DNA of 64,000 bases from Diplonema japonicum. Taxonomy: Eukaryota; Protista; Euglenozoa: Diplonemea. A program made the position numbers and the translations under genes. The notes beneath the pieces are model-generated. The model made no database searches. It was given only the letters and a program-made list of their open reading frames with translations, and had not been told where the DNA came from. Positions within the stretch are counted from its first letter, which is position 1; the number at the start of each line of letters is the position of its first letter. Positions 22,519-34,937 of the stretch are shown here, piece by piece. The stretch is taken from positions 310,001-374,000 of the forward strand of contig OZ025735.1 in assembly GCA_964019335.1 (NCBI GenBank). Direction: 5' to 3'.

Positions 22519-24827
22519 ATGGCGGCAGTTACGGCAGATGAGATGCTGGGGAAGATCAAGGAGGCTGGCGTGGCCATGACACTGGAGTCACACGAGGCAG
22601 CAATGACGGTTGATGAGTGGACACCATTCCACAAGAATTTTTCAGATTCGAATTCAGTCCTGACAAGGTGTCTGTTCATGAAGGACAAGAAGAAGCAACT
22701 CTTCCTTCTGGTCACGTTGGCATCGACGAGGACGGACCTGAAGCTCTTCTCGAAGGCAGTTGGCTCGAAGGAGCCCAGATTTGCTTCTGAAGATGTTCTT
22801 GACGAAAAGCTGCGTATGCAAAAAGGAAAAAGAAAAACTCGAAACTCTTTTTTTTTTTTTTTTTTTTTTTTTTTACAGGAGTGAAGAAGGGTGCGGTGAA
22901 CCCATTCGCCATCATCAACGACACCTCGTCTGATGTGACCCTTGTGCTTGAGGATGCGCTCCTCAAGTCCGCCGCTCCTCTGTGCTTCCACCCCATGGAC
23001 AACACAAAGACTGTCATCCTCTCCAACGACCAGTTCGTCAAGTACCTCGACCACTTCAACATCAAGTACCAGGTCGCTGACCTCACCGCCGATGCTGATG
23101 CTGCTGCCCCTGCTGGCGGTGCGAAGAAGGAAAAACCTGTCAAGAAGGAGAAGCCTGCGAAGAAGGAGAAGGCCAAGCCCGCCGAAGGTGTCAACAAGGA
23201 AGGGATCCAGGTGAAGAAGGAAGAAGACTTCGCGACGTGGTACCAGCAGGTGATCACAAGGTCCGACATGATTGAGTACTACGACATCAGCGGGTGCTAC
23301 ATCCTGCGTCCCAACGCCATCAACATCTGGAAGTACATTGTGAGGTTCTTCGACGATGAGATCACCGAGATGGGTGTGGAGCCCTGCTACTTCCCCATGT
23401 TTGTGTCGAAGGGTGCCCTCGAGAAGGAAGAGTCCCACGTTGATGGCTTCTCCGCTGAGGTTGCTTGGGTCACGAAGTCTGGTGGTTCCGACCTTCAGGA
23501 GCCCATCGCCATCAGGCCCACCAGCGAGACTGTGATGTACCCCTCGTTCGCGAAGTGGATCCGCAGTCACAGGGACCTCCCCCTCCGACTCAACCAGTGG
23601 TGCAACGTTGTGAGGTGGGAGTTCTCTCACCCCACTCCCTTCATCAGAACCAGGGAGTTCCTGTGGCAGGAGGGCCACACTGCCCATGAGACTGAGGAAG
23701 GAGCTGGAAAGGAGGTGCACGAGATCCTTGACCTGTACGCAAGGGTGTACGAGGAGTACCTTGCTGTTCCCGTGTACAAGGGGATGAAGACGGAGAAGGA
23801 GAAGTTTGCTGGCGGGAAGTACACGACCACTGTCGAGGCCTTCGTGCCCACCGTTGGGAGGTCTGTGCAGGGCGCCACGTCCCACTGCCTGGGCTACGGG
23901 TTCGCCAAGATGTTCGGGATCAGCTTCGAGGACAAGAACGGCAAGCAGCAGATGCCCTGCCAGAACTCGTGGGGGCTGACCACCAGGACCATCGGTGTGA
24001 TGGTGATGGTGCACTCCGACGACAAGGGTCTTGTCCTTCCTCCCAAGGTCGCCCCCACGCAGTGCGTGTTCGTTCCTGTGGGGATCAACTCGAAGACGAC
24101 CCCCGAGGACATGCAGAAGGTGAAGGATGCATGCGATGACCTGATGAAGCAGCTGAAGAGCAAGGGTGTGAGGGCGAAGGTTGACGACAGGAACGACAAG
24201 ACATCTGGGAACAAGTGCAACCACTGGGAGCTGCGAGGTGTGCCCATCCGTATCGAGGTGGGTCCCAAGGAGGTTGGGGCGAACTCGGCGGTGCTCTGCT
24301 TCAGACACACCCTGTCCAAGGAGACGGTGTCGCTTGACAACTTCGCCCAGACCGTGAGCGACAAGCTGGTTGGGATGCAGAGCGAGATGCTGGAGAACGC
24401 GAAGAAGCTCCGTCAGGAGAGGAACGTGTTGCTGGAGGCTGGGAAGTGGGAGGAGTTCGTTCCCATCCTGAACCAGCTGAAGACGTGTGTGGTCCCCTTC
24501 TGTGGTGAGGAGGCTTGCGAAGACCGCATCAAGAAGGACTCCGCCGCCAAGGCACAGGAGCTCATCGAGGAAGAGGTGTGCAACGTGAGGGGGGGGAAAG
24601 AAATGATAGATTGACTTCTTTTAACCCACAAACAAAACACAGGAGGACGAGAGGGCTCCCTCCATGGGTGCGAAGAGCTTGTGTGTTCCCTTCGACCAGC
24701 CCGACAAGGCTCTTGGTGACAAGTGCTTCCATCCCCAGTGCAAGAATGCCCCCAAGGAGTATGTGAAAAAATGAAACAAAATGAAATAAATAAAAACAGC
24801 TGGGTTATGTTTGGTCGCAGCTACTGA
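22519..24827 (+). CDS. ProRS: Prolyl-tRNA synthetase with N-terminal editing domain, tandem copy 2
   Basis: Exons 22519-22813, 22879-24575, 24643-24758, 24800-24827. Near-identical to copy 1, with a 12-aa longer KKEKP linker. Confidence 0.96.
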
Positions 24828-25334
24828 GATAGTGAGTGAAGCAAGTGGTAAAAAAAAAAGAAAAAACATCCCCCCCTTTTCAAGTTCATCAATATGATCT
24901 ACTTGGCAGTTTAAGCTGAATACAGAGATGGTCCCCCCCCCTCCCCTTGGGCTTTTTTATTTTTTAGTGCCGGAAAAGAGAATGGTGAACGAGGGAGGAA
25001 AAAGAAATGGCAGAAACTCGTAGTCTTGGTCCGGCTCGTGTGGTCGGGCGTTACCTTTTGTTTAAAAAAGAAAGAAAAAAGATTCAAGCTTTAAAAAAGT
25101 TATCCCCCTCCCCCGCTCCTCATTTCTTGCTGCTGTTTTCGTTTTTCGTTTTCTTTTTTTTTTCTATCCTTTCTCGGGAATGAAATAAAAACATGACTGC
25201 AAGCGCAAGAAAGTGTTATGTCTCTTATCACCTCCAATCGAATATATATTTTCCTTTGCCCCCCCCCCCCCCCCACATTTTAATAATCTTATCGACCATA
25301 TTTACAATCCCAGTTGAGCCATACACGGAGAAGA

Positions 25335-25440
25335 AAAGGACAGAGTTGACATGGTTGATGCCAGGTTGTACAGAAGACTCCGCAAAGCAGGGGAGACTCG
25401 GAAATTGATAGAATGGGTGGCCGCAAGCCTCACTGACAAA
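25335..25440 (+). mobile_element. Possible small relic of a non-LTR reverse transcriptase
   Basis: DMVDARLYRRLRKAGETRKLIEWVAASLTDK resembles the (AF)D.V.H..L...L...G....LI.W...FL.DR segment of LINE RTs. Short and degenerate. Confidence 0.4.
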
Positions 25441-25764
25441 GGAGCATCACACGCCTGTCAAAAGGCACTAAAAAAGCATGCAACGCAGCAAGCAGCGCGA
25501 ATTACTATACACGACCCCACGACAGGGACTATAAAAAGAGTGATGGCGAAGGCCACCTCCGCAAGGATGGGGGTCGGCTTGGTTACACTGCGTCTCTTCC
25601 TGAGGGCGTATATTGGTCTTTTCTGGGCGATGATACTCGTGGCTGTGATCTCCGTTTTGAAGTTTTTACATGTTTTGTCGGTGATGGCAAGGCTGAAGGA
25701 GCCGAGTAGCTCTTCGGATTGCTGAGTTTTTTTTTTTTTTTTTCAACACCAAAGATTTGGGAAG

Positions 25765-25797
<33 letters not shown>

Positions 25798-25838
25798 GGG
25801 GGAAGAAAGAAAAAAAAAAAAAAAAGAAGAAAACACAA

Positions 25839-28800
25839 ATGTCGATCCCAAAAACAATAGATGAGGAACCGAGTCTGGCACATGCAGTGGGGTTCATGCT
25901 AGATGTATACGCTGACTGGAACTTTTTGGGGACGTGGGTGGATAATAGATTTGAATGGGACACTTATCGAGATATTGGAAAATTAGTGAGAAAGGTAGCG
26001 GGAGGGCTGTCAAAGGCTGTAGAGCGCAGGGAGGCAGTTGGCGTGATGCTGGAAAATCGAAAAGAGTGGCTCGCCATTGATTTTGCCTGCGCGCTGACGG
26101 ACCAGCTTGTTGTTGGCCTCCACCGCGATTGGCACGCGGAGAAACTGGCCTACATCCTTAAGGACGTCGATCTGAAAGTTGTTTTTTGCGATTCCTCCGA
26201 GTCCATAGAGCTCCTTGCTTCTATCCCCTCCAACATACACACTGTCGTTACATTAGATGTTCCTCAAGATGAGCTCTCAGGTGTAGTCTCGGAGTTCAGA
26301 TTAGTCAGTTTTAAGGATTTCCTTTCGACTCCATATGTTTTCGATCTTCTTCGTGATGATGACCCGCAAGCGCCGTTCACTCTGATGTACTCTTCGGGTA
26401 CCACAGGGACACCCAAGGCCATCGCAACTCCCAAGAGCACTTGGAGAAAAACAAACTGCAACCCAGGACCGCTCTCTTCCATCGCCTCGCCCTTCGATCG
26501 GCGGACTGTTTCCTATCTATCCCTTGCGCACGGTGCGGACAGAGGCGTTTGCTGGTTCACCGCAATGTCCGGAGGTTGCACCGGATTCATCACCTACCCT
26601 GAATGGTCGCCCGGCTTTTTCATGCAGTTCCAGTGCCTCCGTCCCACCTTCTTTTTAGGGATGTCTTGCACCTGGCAGGACCTCTATGCGCTTTACCTTA
26701 AAGAGTATATTCCACTTGCCGACGAGCACCTCCAAGCCTCCCTATCCTCTGCCTCCCACGACACTCTCAGCATCTGGCCATCGGTCCGGGCGTCCTTCGC
26801 CAAAACGCGAAAAGGAATTGAGCTCAACAACGTAGTCATGAACAGAATGCGGGCCATGCTAGGCAACAGCCTTCTCATCGCGGTTACAGGCGGTGGGCCC
26901 ACTTCGCCCGACGTTTTCTCCTTCATCACCGAGTGCCTGCTAGAGGGCAATGAATGCAGGGTTATCGACTCCTACGGGTCTACAGAGTTCCCAGGGATCT
27001 CCTCCAACGGCGTAGTGTCGAGCGAGGTAGAGCTTAAGCTGCTCCCTGTTGTGAAGGGCGGTGCCATGCTGTACAACCCGGAGGCGATACCCCCGCAGGG
27101 CGAAATTGTTGTGAGACGGAAAGATGGATGCCTCACCAGCTACTGGAACCGGCCAGACCTTGAAGCATGGAAAGACGGGTGGTACCATACAGGGGATGTC
27201 GGCATGATGGGTCCTGCTGGTCTCAAGATCGTAGATAGGGTCAGTAACTTAGAAGAAGTATATTGGAAAGGCGATTCTGTGTGGATCGAGCCCTCTAAGC
27301 TAGAGGAGACGTACCTCAGCGGCTGTGAGGAGTTGTCATGTGTTGTAGTCGTAGCTGACCGCAACCGCGAGGGCATCGCACTGGTTGTCGTCGCAACAAG
27401 CCTCGACACCAACCAGCCGTCGCCCACTCGCGGCCGCCCCGTCCCCGTCCCCACCTCCTTTCGCGACGCCATCATCTCGAAGCTTGGCGTAATTGCCAAA
27501 GAAAGCAACTTTAGAGAGTATGAGTACCCCATTGGTGTTGTCATCGAGACCTCCCCATGGCAGCAAAAGGAGGGCCTGATTACTATATCAGGCAAGCCCA
27601 ACAGACCGTTGATCAAAAGCCTCTACTCCAATGCTATTGGACTGGCGTACACTGCTGCCGAGGTGGCGTGCACTTCTGAGACCGAAGACGAGGCGCTGCT
27701 ACAGGAGTGTAAGGTCCTGAAGTCCGCGTTGAAAGCGTCATTCACATCAGGCAGTCACTCACAGGCACAGTACCACGTGGCTGAGACGACTGGGTGCGCG
27801 CTTCCGGAGTACAAGAAAGGCTCTCGCAAGGTTGACCTCAAGTTCATAGACAAAGACGGCGTGGAGCAAAAGGTAGACACTGCACGTGGCCGTGACTGGC
27901 TATTGGGGAAGGAGAAGCTATCTTTTTCGAAAGTGTCGGAGCTGCGGTCGGAGGTGCCGTTGGTGCCGAATGCTATCTGCGACACGAAGCTGACCTTTAA
28001 CTATTGTACCGACAAGATCAGCATCAATGTGAACAGCAAAGAGGACAAAAGGCAGAGGCGGGCACGTATTGCAGCCGTGCTGAGGTGCCTGCCGGAGAAG
28101 CTGCGGATCACAGACGACACGGTGACATGTGAGGAAGACGCTAGCGAATACTACGAACTGGAAGAGGATGAAAAGGAAAAACTGAACGAGCAGTTCGAGA
28201 AGGTGGTTCAGGCAGGACTGCACATCCGGAAGCACCACGTAACATGGCTGAAAGAGGAGGGCGTGGAGTATGACAAGGCGGCGCAAGGTATTCAGGATGT
28301 CATTAAAGAGATGGACAAAGCACTGCTAGGGACAAAGGTCACTGAGGAGACATGCAAACAGCTTATGCAGTGGAAGCAAGAGGTCCTGCAGAGAAGGGAG
28401 ATTGTGGCAAGGGTACAGCAATGCGACGAAGCCCTTGCTGCGTGGGACGAATTAGACAAGGAGATGATAACCCTGCGAAAATTGGGTGATGCGCTGGATG
28501 TGGACACGCGGTCTCTTCCTGTAACATGGCGGCTCAACATCGACTGGATTGTGCCCCCCGACACGAAGGAGTCGCTGCAATGCATGTTCGGGTGCGGCAG
28601 AATGGTCTACACAGAAGACCTCGAAAAGCATTCAAACAACTTCTCAGGACCATGCAACCTCGAGATCGGTCTGGCAGAGGACCACTCCACAACGGTTGGT
28701 GGCGATCAAAGCATTACATGCGACGTTACTGGTGCGCTGATCGACGCAGAGGCCTTGCAAACCACCACCACAGGGTGTGAACCCCTCCAATATCGAACCC

Positions 28801-31051
28801 CCCGCATGCACAGCCTTGACTCCCATATCGATCGCAGTGTTCCATACCACGAGCTGCTCATGCGTATCCGTGCTACCGTGAAGAACCCTCGACTCCTCTC
28901 CATCATCGACAAGCACCCGAATGAGTACTGGGTAAGGGATAAGCAGCACTTTTTCTGGATGCACAAATTCGTCTGCATAGGGAAGGACATTGGCCTTTTC
29001 GACACCCCCGCCAGTCTCATTTCGCGAGCTTGCAATGCTTTCGAAAACCGACCTGTCCTCGGGGTGAGTTGCAGGGATATTACACGGCTCCGTACGACGC
29101 CTCTATGGGCGCTTCCTGAAGCGGCTGGGATCGAAGGTGTCATCCACAGGAACTTCAGATGGCTGCTGTACAAAGATTTGTGGTACATCGTGAGCAGGGT
29201 GGCGGCAGGGCTTCGGAAGGTTCTACCAGAGCACAGTTATGTTCTGATCGCAGGCTACAACGACTTGGAGTGGGCTGTGGCTGACTTTGCTCTTGCGGTG
29301 GCGGGGATGGCATCGGTGGGGCTACACACGACGTACACCACGTCAAGGGCAGCTGCGGTGGCAAAGGCGTGCGACGCGAAAGGGCTGCTTGTGATGAAGA
29401 ATCTGTTCGACCGCCGAGACGACGGGTGGGACGTCGAATCGCTGCTGGCGGAGACGTCGCTTCAAACTGTGGTGACTATGGACGCACCGACTGTGGCGGT
29501 GGAGGGAGTGGCGTGCCATTCCTTTATAGAGTGGGCTGCGGACTCGAATCCGCCCGAAGTGCCTGAAGATATGTTCAAGGTCCACGGGCCGGAGTGGGCT
29601 GGGGCACACATCACGTCGCTGTTGGCAACGTCGGGGTCAACAGGCGTACCAAAGCTGGTGGCAATCAGCTCCCAAAGCTTTACTGCTGACATTGCAGGCG
29701 ACATTGAAGAGCGGGAAGCTCTCAGCAAGTCACTCACCATCTCGTACATCCCGCTCTCCCACTCCAGCGACAGGTTCAAACTCTGGCAGCATGTTGTCAT
29801 GGGTGGCAGGGTGGCCTTCTGCTTCTACGCTGCACACCACTGGCTCGCCCACGAGCATGACAAAAAGGACAAAGTCCTCGAATACTCCTCCCCCGTCACA
29901 GAACTCTTCCAACAGGTCCGTGACGTAGAGCCCACCTCCATGTCCTGCCCTCCGAACATCTGGGGTGGCCTCTTCGACACCCACAAGGACTCTTCGCTGT
30001 CGCTTGAAGAGTTCGGAACCAGCATTTTCGGACCTCGCATAGCTAGCCTTGCAACCGGCGGGTCCCCTACCCCTGGGTATGATGACCTTTCGCAAACAAG
30101 AAGACACTCACAGGAAGCACCTTGAGTTTGCATTCGAGCTTGCGAGGAAGCTCTGCGCAGATCTTGTCGACAGCTACGGCTGCACCGAGTGCGGTATGTC
30201 CTACTCCTATCCTATACCTCACCTCAGGAGCGATCATGGCCAACGGTCGGATGGACGGATCGAAATTCGAAGATGTCAAAGTATTGCTGCTGAGACGGCC
30301 TGATTTGGGGTTTGGAGATGAAGAGTCGGTGAGGAGGGGTGAGGTACGTATATTTTCAAAAGAAAAGGGGGAAATAAACAACCCACACAGCTGGCAGTGA
30401 TGGGCCCGTCTGTAGCAGTGGGGTACTACAAAGATGAGGTAAGACAACGGTTAGCCTTCGTAACGGTGGGCGAAGACGGGGTTCTGGAACACCCGCTGCT
30501 TCCAGGCGTGAAACAGCCCCGAGCCCAACCGGGCAAATGGTACATCACAGGTGATATTGTATCGCAGGACCCGACCGGCACTTTCACCCTCATAGACAGG
30601 GCTTCCTCTATATCTATTGTGAAGGGCAACCCCAACCCCATCTCGTCCTCGTTGATCGAGGTGGCACTCGAGGACTGCCCTGACATAATGCAAGCGACTG
30701 TGATGACGTCACCTGAAGTGCCTTATGTCAAGGCCTTGATAGTGATTGACGGGACAGAGGAGGCTGAACTGGGAGAGGTTTGGAAAGAAGGGAGGGGAAA
30801 CAAAAAACAAAAAAAAAAAAAACCAGGACCCCGAGGCTAAACTGTTGTCGAAAGACGAGGTGCAGCTACTTATCGATGCAGCGGGAGAGATGCGTTGGTC
30901 TGCTGTAACCAGAGCACTCAAGGGCAGCGATATAAGATTTGCAAAATGCCATACTCGGTGGACCCCCGCCAATCGCCTCTGTAGTGGGGAACTTAAGAAA
31001 ATGCGACATGTGATATTATCTAAGTACGCTGTTGCGCTTAAGAAAATCTGA
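25839..31051 (+). CDS. Tandem double adenylation (AMP-binding) domain enzyme, long-chain acyl-CoA synthetase / CAR-A-domain-like, 1681 aa
   Basis: A1: YSSGTTGTPK, SYGSTE, WYHTGD, IVDR. A2: TSGSTGVPK, SYGCTECG, WYITGD, LIDR. Exons 25839-30076, 30114-30193, 30228-30343, 30391-30777, 30827-31051; splicing restores the A2 motifs. Confidence 0.87.
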
Positions 31052-31642
31052 GAGGGGGGCAAGAAGGGGAAGGGCGGGTGTCCAACTTGGCTAGCTTTTA
31101 TTTTCCCTTTTTCTCTTATTTCGGCGGGGAGGTGGGCAAGAGCATAAAAGCAAGGAGGTTGCGGCATGTGCTGAGACGTCACCATGCTGGTGGCGGGGGA
31201 CGGCGTTCCTGACGACGTGAATGGAACGCGTCAGCTCCCTGCGCTGTGATGGAGGCACGACACACGGGTATGACGGCAGTCTGTCGCAGACCAGTCCGGT
31301 GAGCGCAAAGAACGCATACCTTGGTGGGAGGAATAGTTTATGTTTTGTCTCTAAAAGAATATTTTCTGTCCGCCGCTTACCTTAAAAATATGTTGTCTTT
31401 ATTTTTCCTCTTTTTTTTTCTCAAGAAAAAAAAAGAAGGGTGCGCGGGTCCTTTCTCGCCCCCCTCCCCCCCACACCTCCCAATAAGAGTAAACAAGGCC
31501 CCTCCTTTTTTTCCCTAACCCTTTTTTAAATTGCCCTAGAATAGGGGGGGGGTCTATTATTTTGTTCTTTCTTTTGCATATGACAACCTTCCCAGAGCAC
31601 CCCCCCCCCCCCCCCCATTCCATCTATTGCCTCGATGCTGCA

Positions 31643-32785
31643 ATGAGATTTGTTATCTTATTTAGTATGGGCTTGGCAGTGGCTCGCGCAGGGTGCGGTC
31701 ATTCTGATTGGGTAGAGGTAAAAAGAGTAGGCCGCGACGGGGGACCGGGTTACGCTGAGCTAAAAGAAGGCGAGGGAGGACAGGTTATCGCAAGCGGTGA
31801 AGCGGAAATCTCTTTTTGGCGAGGAGGGGTGAGAGACCGGCTAGTCCACATCGACTCAAACGAAACCCTCCTCGGCGGCGCCGCCAGCATGAACGGGACG
31901 ACCTTCGCTATATCAAAAGGGTTCGACCCCGTGCTCTACGAGGTTAGCGAAAACGGGTCTGTCACGAAACATCCTTTAAACGCACCAAAAGAAGCCCAAT
32001 TCGACTCCATATACCACTACGAGAACACACTCTTCGCCGTTCCGGAGAAAGGTAATATATTTGGCGAATTAGTTTTCGATGGAAAGGTTTTAACAGGTTC
32101 ATTGTACTACACAGCACACCCGAAGTTGTTGGACTCATGGTCCTTCAAAGGGTCTGTTCTTGTGGAGGACACGATTTACCTGGCGCCGTACGACGCAGAA
32201 GGGATCTTGTTATTCAATGTCACGATGAAGGGGTTCAGCGTATTCGAGATCCCCGCACCGAGTGGGCTTGGGAAGTACAATGGAATCGGCCATTCAAACG
32301 GTATTGTATACGCTGCTCCTTACAATGAAGAATCTGTTTTGAAGTGTGTTATCTCAAACGGGAATTGTACTTCTATGGAGGTGAGCACAACGGGCCGGCA
32401 TGCAGGTGTAGGGTTTCTTGAACATCTGGTGGTTTTCCCTCCTGCTGGAAGTACATCTGATATCTTGTTGTACGACACATTAACTGAAGCGTTCAAGTCG
32501 CAGACGATTGATTTCAGTTGTTCTAGCGCGATTTTCTCGCATGGGGTTGTGTTGCTGTCTCCTTCTGTGAACTCGAGTTCCTTTGCTGCGGCTTCGCCGT
32601 GTGCCTCATACCGCCACCATTCGTCTGATGGCAGCTTCACCATCGTCAGTACGCTCGTTGCTATGTTCTTGGGATGTTGTCTAGTTGCCGTGACCCTGTC
32701 GTACCACATAAACAAAAAGAAGGTTGTCGTCAACCAGGATGCCGATTATGTGGAGTACGAGAACGAGCTTGAGGTGGTTCAATGA
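31643..32785 (+). CDS. Type I membrane protein with beta-propeller-like ectodomain repeats
   Basis: Signal peptide MRFVILFSMGLAVARA; repeats TLFAVP, TIYLAPYDAEGIL, IVYAAPYNEESVL, LVVFPP; C-terminal TM helix followed by KKK. Confidence 0.7.
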   Translation: MRFVILFSMGLAVARAGCGHSDWVEVKRVGRDGGPGYAELKEGEGGQVIASGEAEISFWRGGVRDRLVHIDSNETLLGGAASMNGTTFAISKGFDPVLYEVSENGSVTKHPLNAPKEAQFDSIYHYENTLFAVPEKGNIFGELVFDGKVLTGSLYYTAHPKLLDSWSFKGSVLVEDTIYLAPYDAEGILLFNVTMKGFSVFEIPAPSGLGKYNGIGHSNGIVYAAPYNEESVLKCVISNGNCTSMEVSTTGRHAGVGFLEHLVVFPPAGSTSDILLYDTLTEAFKSQTIDFSCSSAIFSHGVVLLSPSVNSSSFAAASPCASYRHHSSDGSFTIVSTLVAMFLGCCLVAVTLSYHINKKKVVVNQDADYVEYENELEVVQ

Positions 32786-33196
32786 ATGCGGGTTTGCCAT
32801 TTTCTCTCATAGTATTTTTTTTTTTCTTTTTCCCTCTTTTTTTTTTTTGACTCGAATGAATTTTCGGCGCACTTTTCTTTGGTATTGAGTGAATAACCCC
32901 CCCCCCCCCCCCCCTTAAAAGAACGTGGTGGAAACCGGCTGGCTTTATGGCAAAAAAAAAAAAGCTTTCGCCCTGCGTGTAGTTTTATTTTTATTTTTTC
33001 TTGTTTGTTCATAGATGTTGTTTTCGCTGAAAAGGAGAGGGAGGGGGGGGATGAAGAAAAAATACAAGAAAACTGCAAATCCGCTACCCACACCCTTTTT
33101 TTCGCCTTTGCATTACTTTTACAGTTTACTCAGGAGGGTGGGGGTGAGAACCACAAAAAAAGAAGAAGAAAAGAAAAGAAAAATAAAAAGAAATCG

Positions 33197-34937
33197 ATGA
33201 TGAAAACTGCTCTCTTCATCGGCTGCATAAGCCTGCTTTTAGGAAGTACCCACGCAGTGACGACTAAGAGGACTATGCTGACATTACCTGCGAAAGACCC
33301 TAAGGTGTGCAACGGCCAGCAGATCCTTGTTGAGTATAAAGATGATGTTTGCTTCACTTTGGACGGGACAACAGGTCCGTTAAAACCCATTTTGCAAGGG
33401 CTAAAGGTACCCGTGAAGTTTGTCGCGAATACAACAAGTTCACCGCCCAACCTTGCTTTAACGGCTTACGCCCCCCTTGGAGATTGTTATTTCCCCTTGA
33501 AGTCAATCAGTCTGGATCAAGGCGTCTGTACCGATGCCAATATTCCGAATGTCTCACTCTCCATTCAAGCAGACGCCATCCTCCCTGTCGTCCCTACGCC
33601 TGTTCCCGTAGAGCCCACCCTCGTGCCGGGTGAGCAGCCCCTTCAGGGCATCGTTACCCTGGCAGACTTCAAGCTCACCGGCGGCTTCGGTTCCGACTGC
33701 AACAGCAGTCCCCCTTTCCACTTCGAAGTTGAGAACGACAAGTGTGTCAAGCTCGGCAACGCTACCGAAGCAGGCCTCCCAGTCGACGCGGCTGTCTACG
33801 CAAGGTTCACATGCTTTGAACACCACATGGAGTACACCCTGTCCCTGACTGACAATTGCGACCCCAGAGCGCCATGGGAAGGCTTTCCTGTGGACCTCCC
33901 CGACCACGGCGCCCTCGTCGAAGGCGCCACGTGCAAGGAGGACTGGATGTCGCTTTCTGTCGACCAAGGCAACAGCATGAAGGTCATCGTCCCGATATAT
34001 GCCAAGTACAGTGCGTGCTTCCGATCCACGGGCTCCCCTTCAAGCACGGACACTCCTACTAATGCGCCCCAAACTGATGCACCTAAGACTGCAGCACCCC
34101 CTACGGCAGCTCCTACTACTTTGGCACCAAAGACAGAATCGCCCCCTACTACGTCGCCAAAGACGGAAATACCTACCCCTGCACCTGATACCACTGCGCC
34201 TGCGACGTTGGTTCCCGGCATGACGTGGCCCCCGGCAACGTCATCGCCTCCGACGAACGTGCCCACTCTTGCACCTATTACCCCTTCACCTGTCACCACT
34301 GCGCCTGCTACCACTGCGCCTGCTACCACTGCGCCTGCTACCACTGCACCTGTCACCACTGCGCCTGCTACCACTGCGCCTGCTACCACTGCACCTGCGA
34401 CGACAGTACCGGGTACGTTGGCTCCTGGCACGACGTGGCCTCCAACAACGTCGTCGCCTCCGACAGGTACCCCCACAGCGGCTCCGGACACATCGGCACC
34501 TGCGACCATGGTACCACAGACGCTTGTCCCAGGCAGCACGTGGACACCCCCCACGGCTGCACCTGAGACCATGCTACCGACGGCGACGCCTACATCAGCG
34601 CCGAACAATGTGCCAGGAGGGGCGGGCACGGTGGTGCCGACGCCTGCTCCGTCCAGCGACAGTGGAACGGACTGGGTGAAGCTGATTTTAGGGATCTTCG
34701 CAGCAATTGCAGCGGCAGTGCTGCTGATAGCCATCGTGGTGGTGATAGTGCGGAGGACACGTGGGTCGCGCAGGGAGGCGAAGGGACACACCATGGACGC
34801 GAACCTCATCGTATGCCACAACACATAACACAACACAACACACACAGAACGACATGCAAGGGTTCGAGGCCGACGGTGACAATATTGAGATCCATGACGG
34901 CTTCATGATGAACGAGCACGACGAGATCGCCGAGTAG
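33197..34937 (+). CDS. Mucin-like type I surface protein (Cys-containing head, Thr/Pro/Ala stalk, TM, short tail)
   Basis: Signal peptide; T/P/A-rich stalk; TM LILGIFAAIAAAVLLIAIVVVIV followed by RR. Probable 37-nt CA-rich intron 34811-34847 gives an acidic tail ending at 34937. Confidence 0.8.
34295..34399 (+). repeat. Coding 15-bp minisatellite x7 (TTAPA)
   Basis: ACCACTGC(G/A)CCTG(CT/TC/CG) repeated seven times. Confidence 0.95.

Noticed and set aside
22476-24308. 610-aa (and 423-aa at 19582-20853) minus-strand ORFs
   Set aside because: Antisense shadows of the strongly codon-biased ProRS genes; no independent motifs.
34295-34399. CRISPR-like or Cys/His-rich (CHHCAC) repeat protein
   Set aside because: No spacers; it is the coding TTAPA minisatellite, and the Cys/His reading is an off-frame translation.
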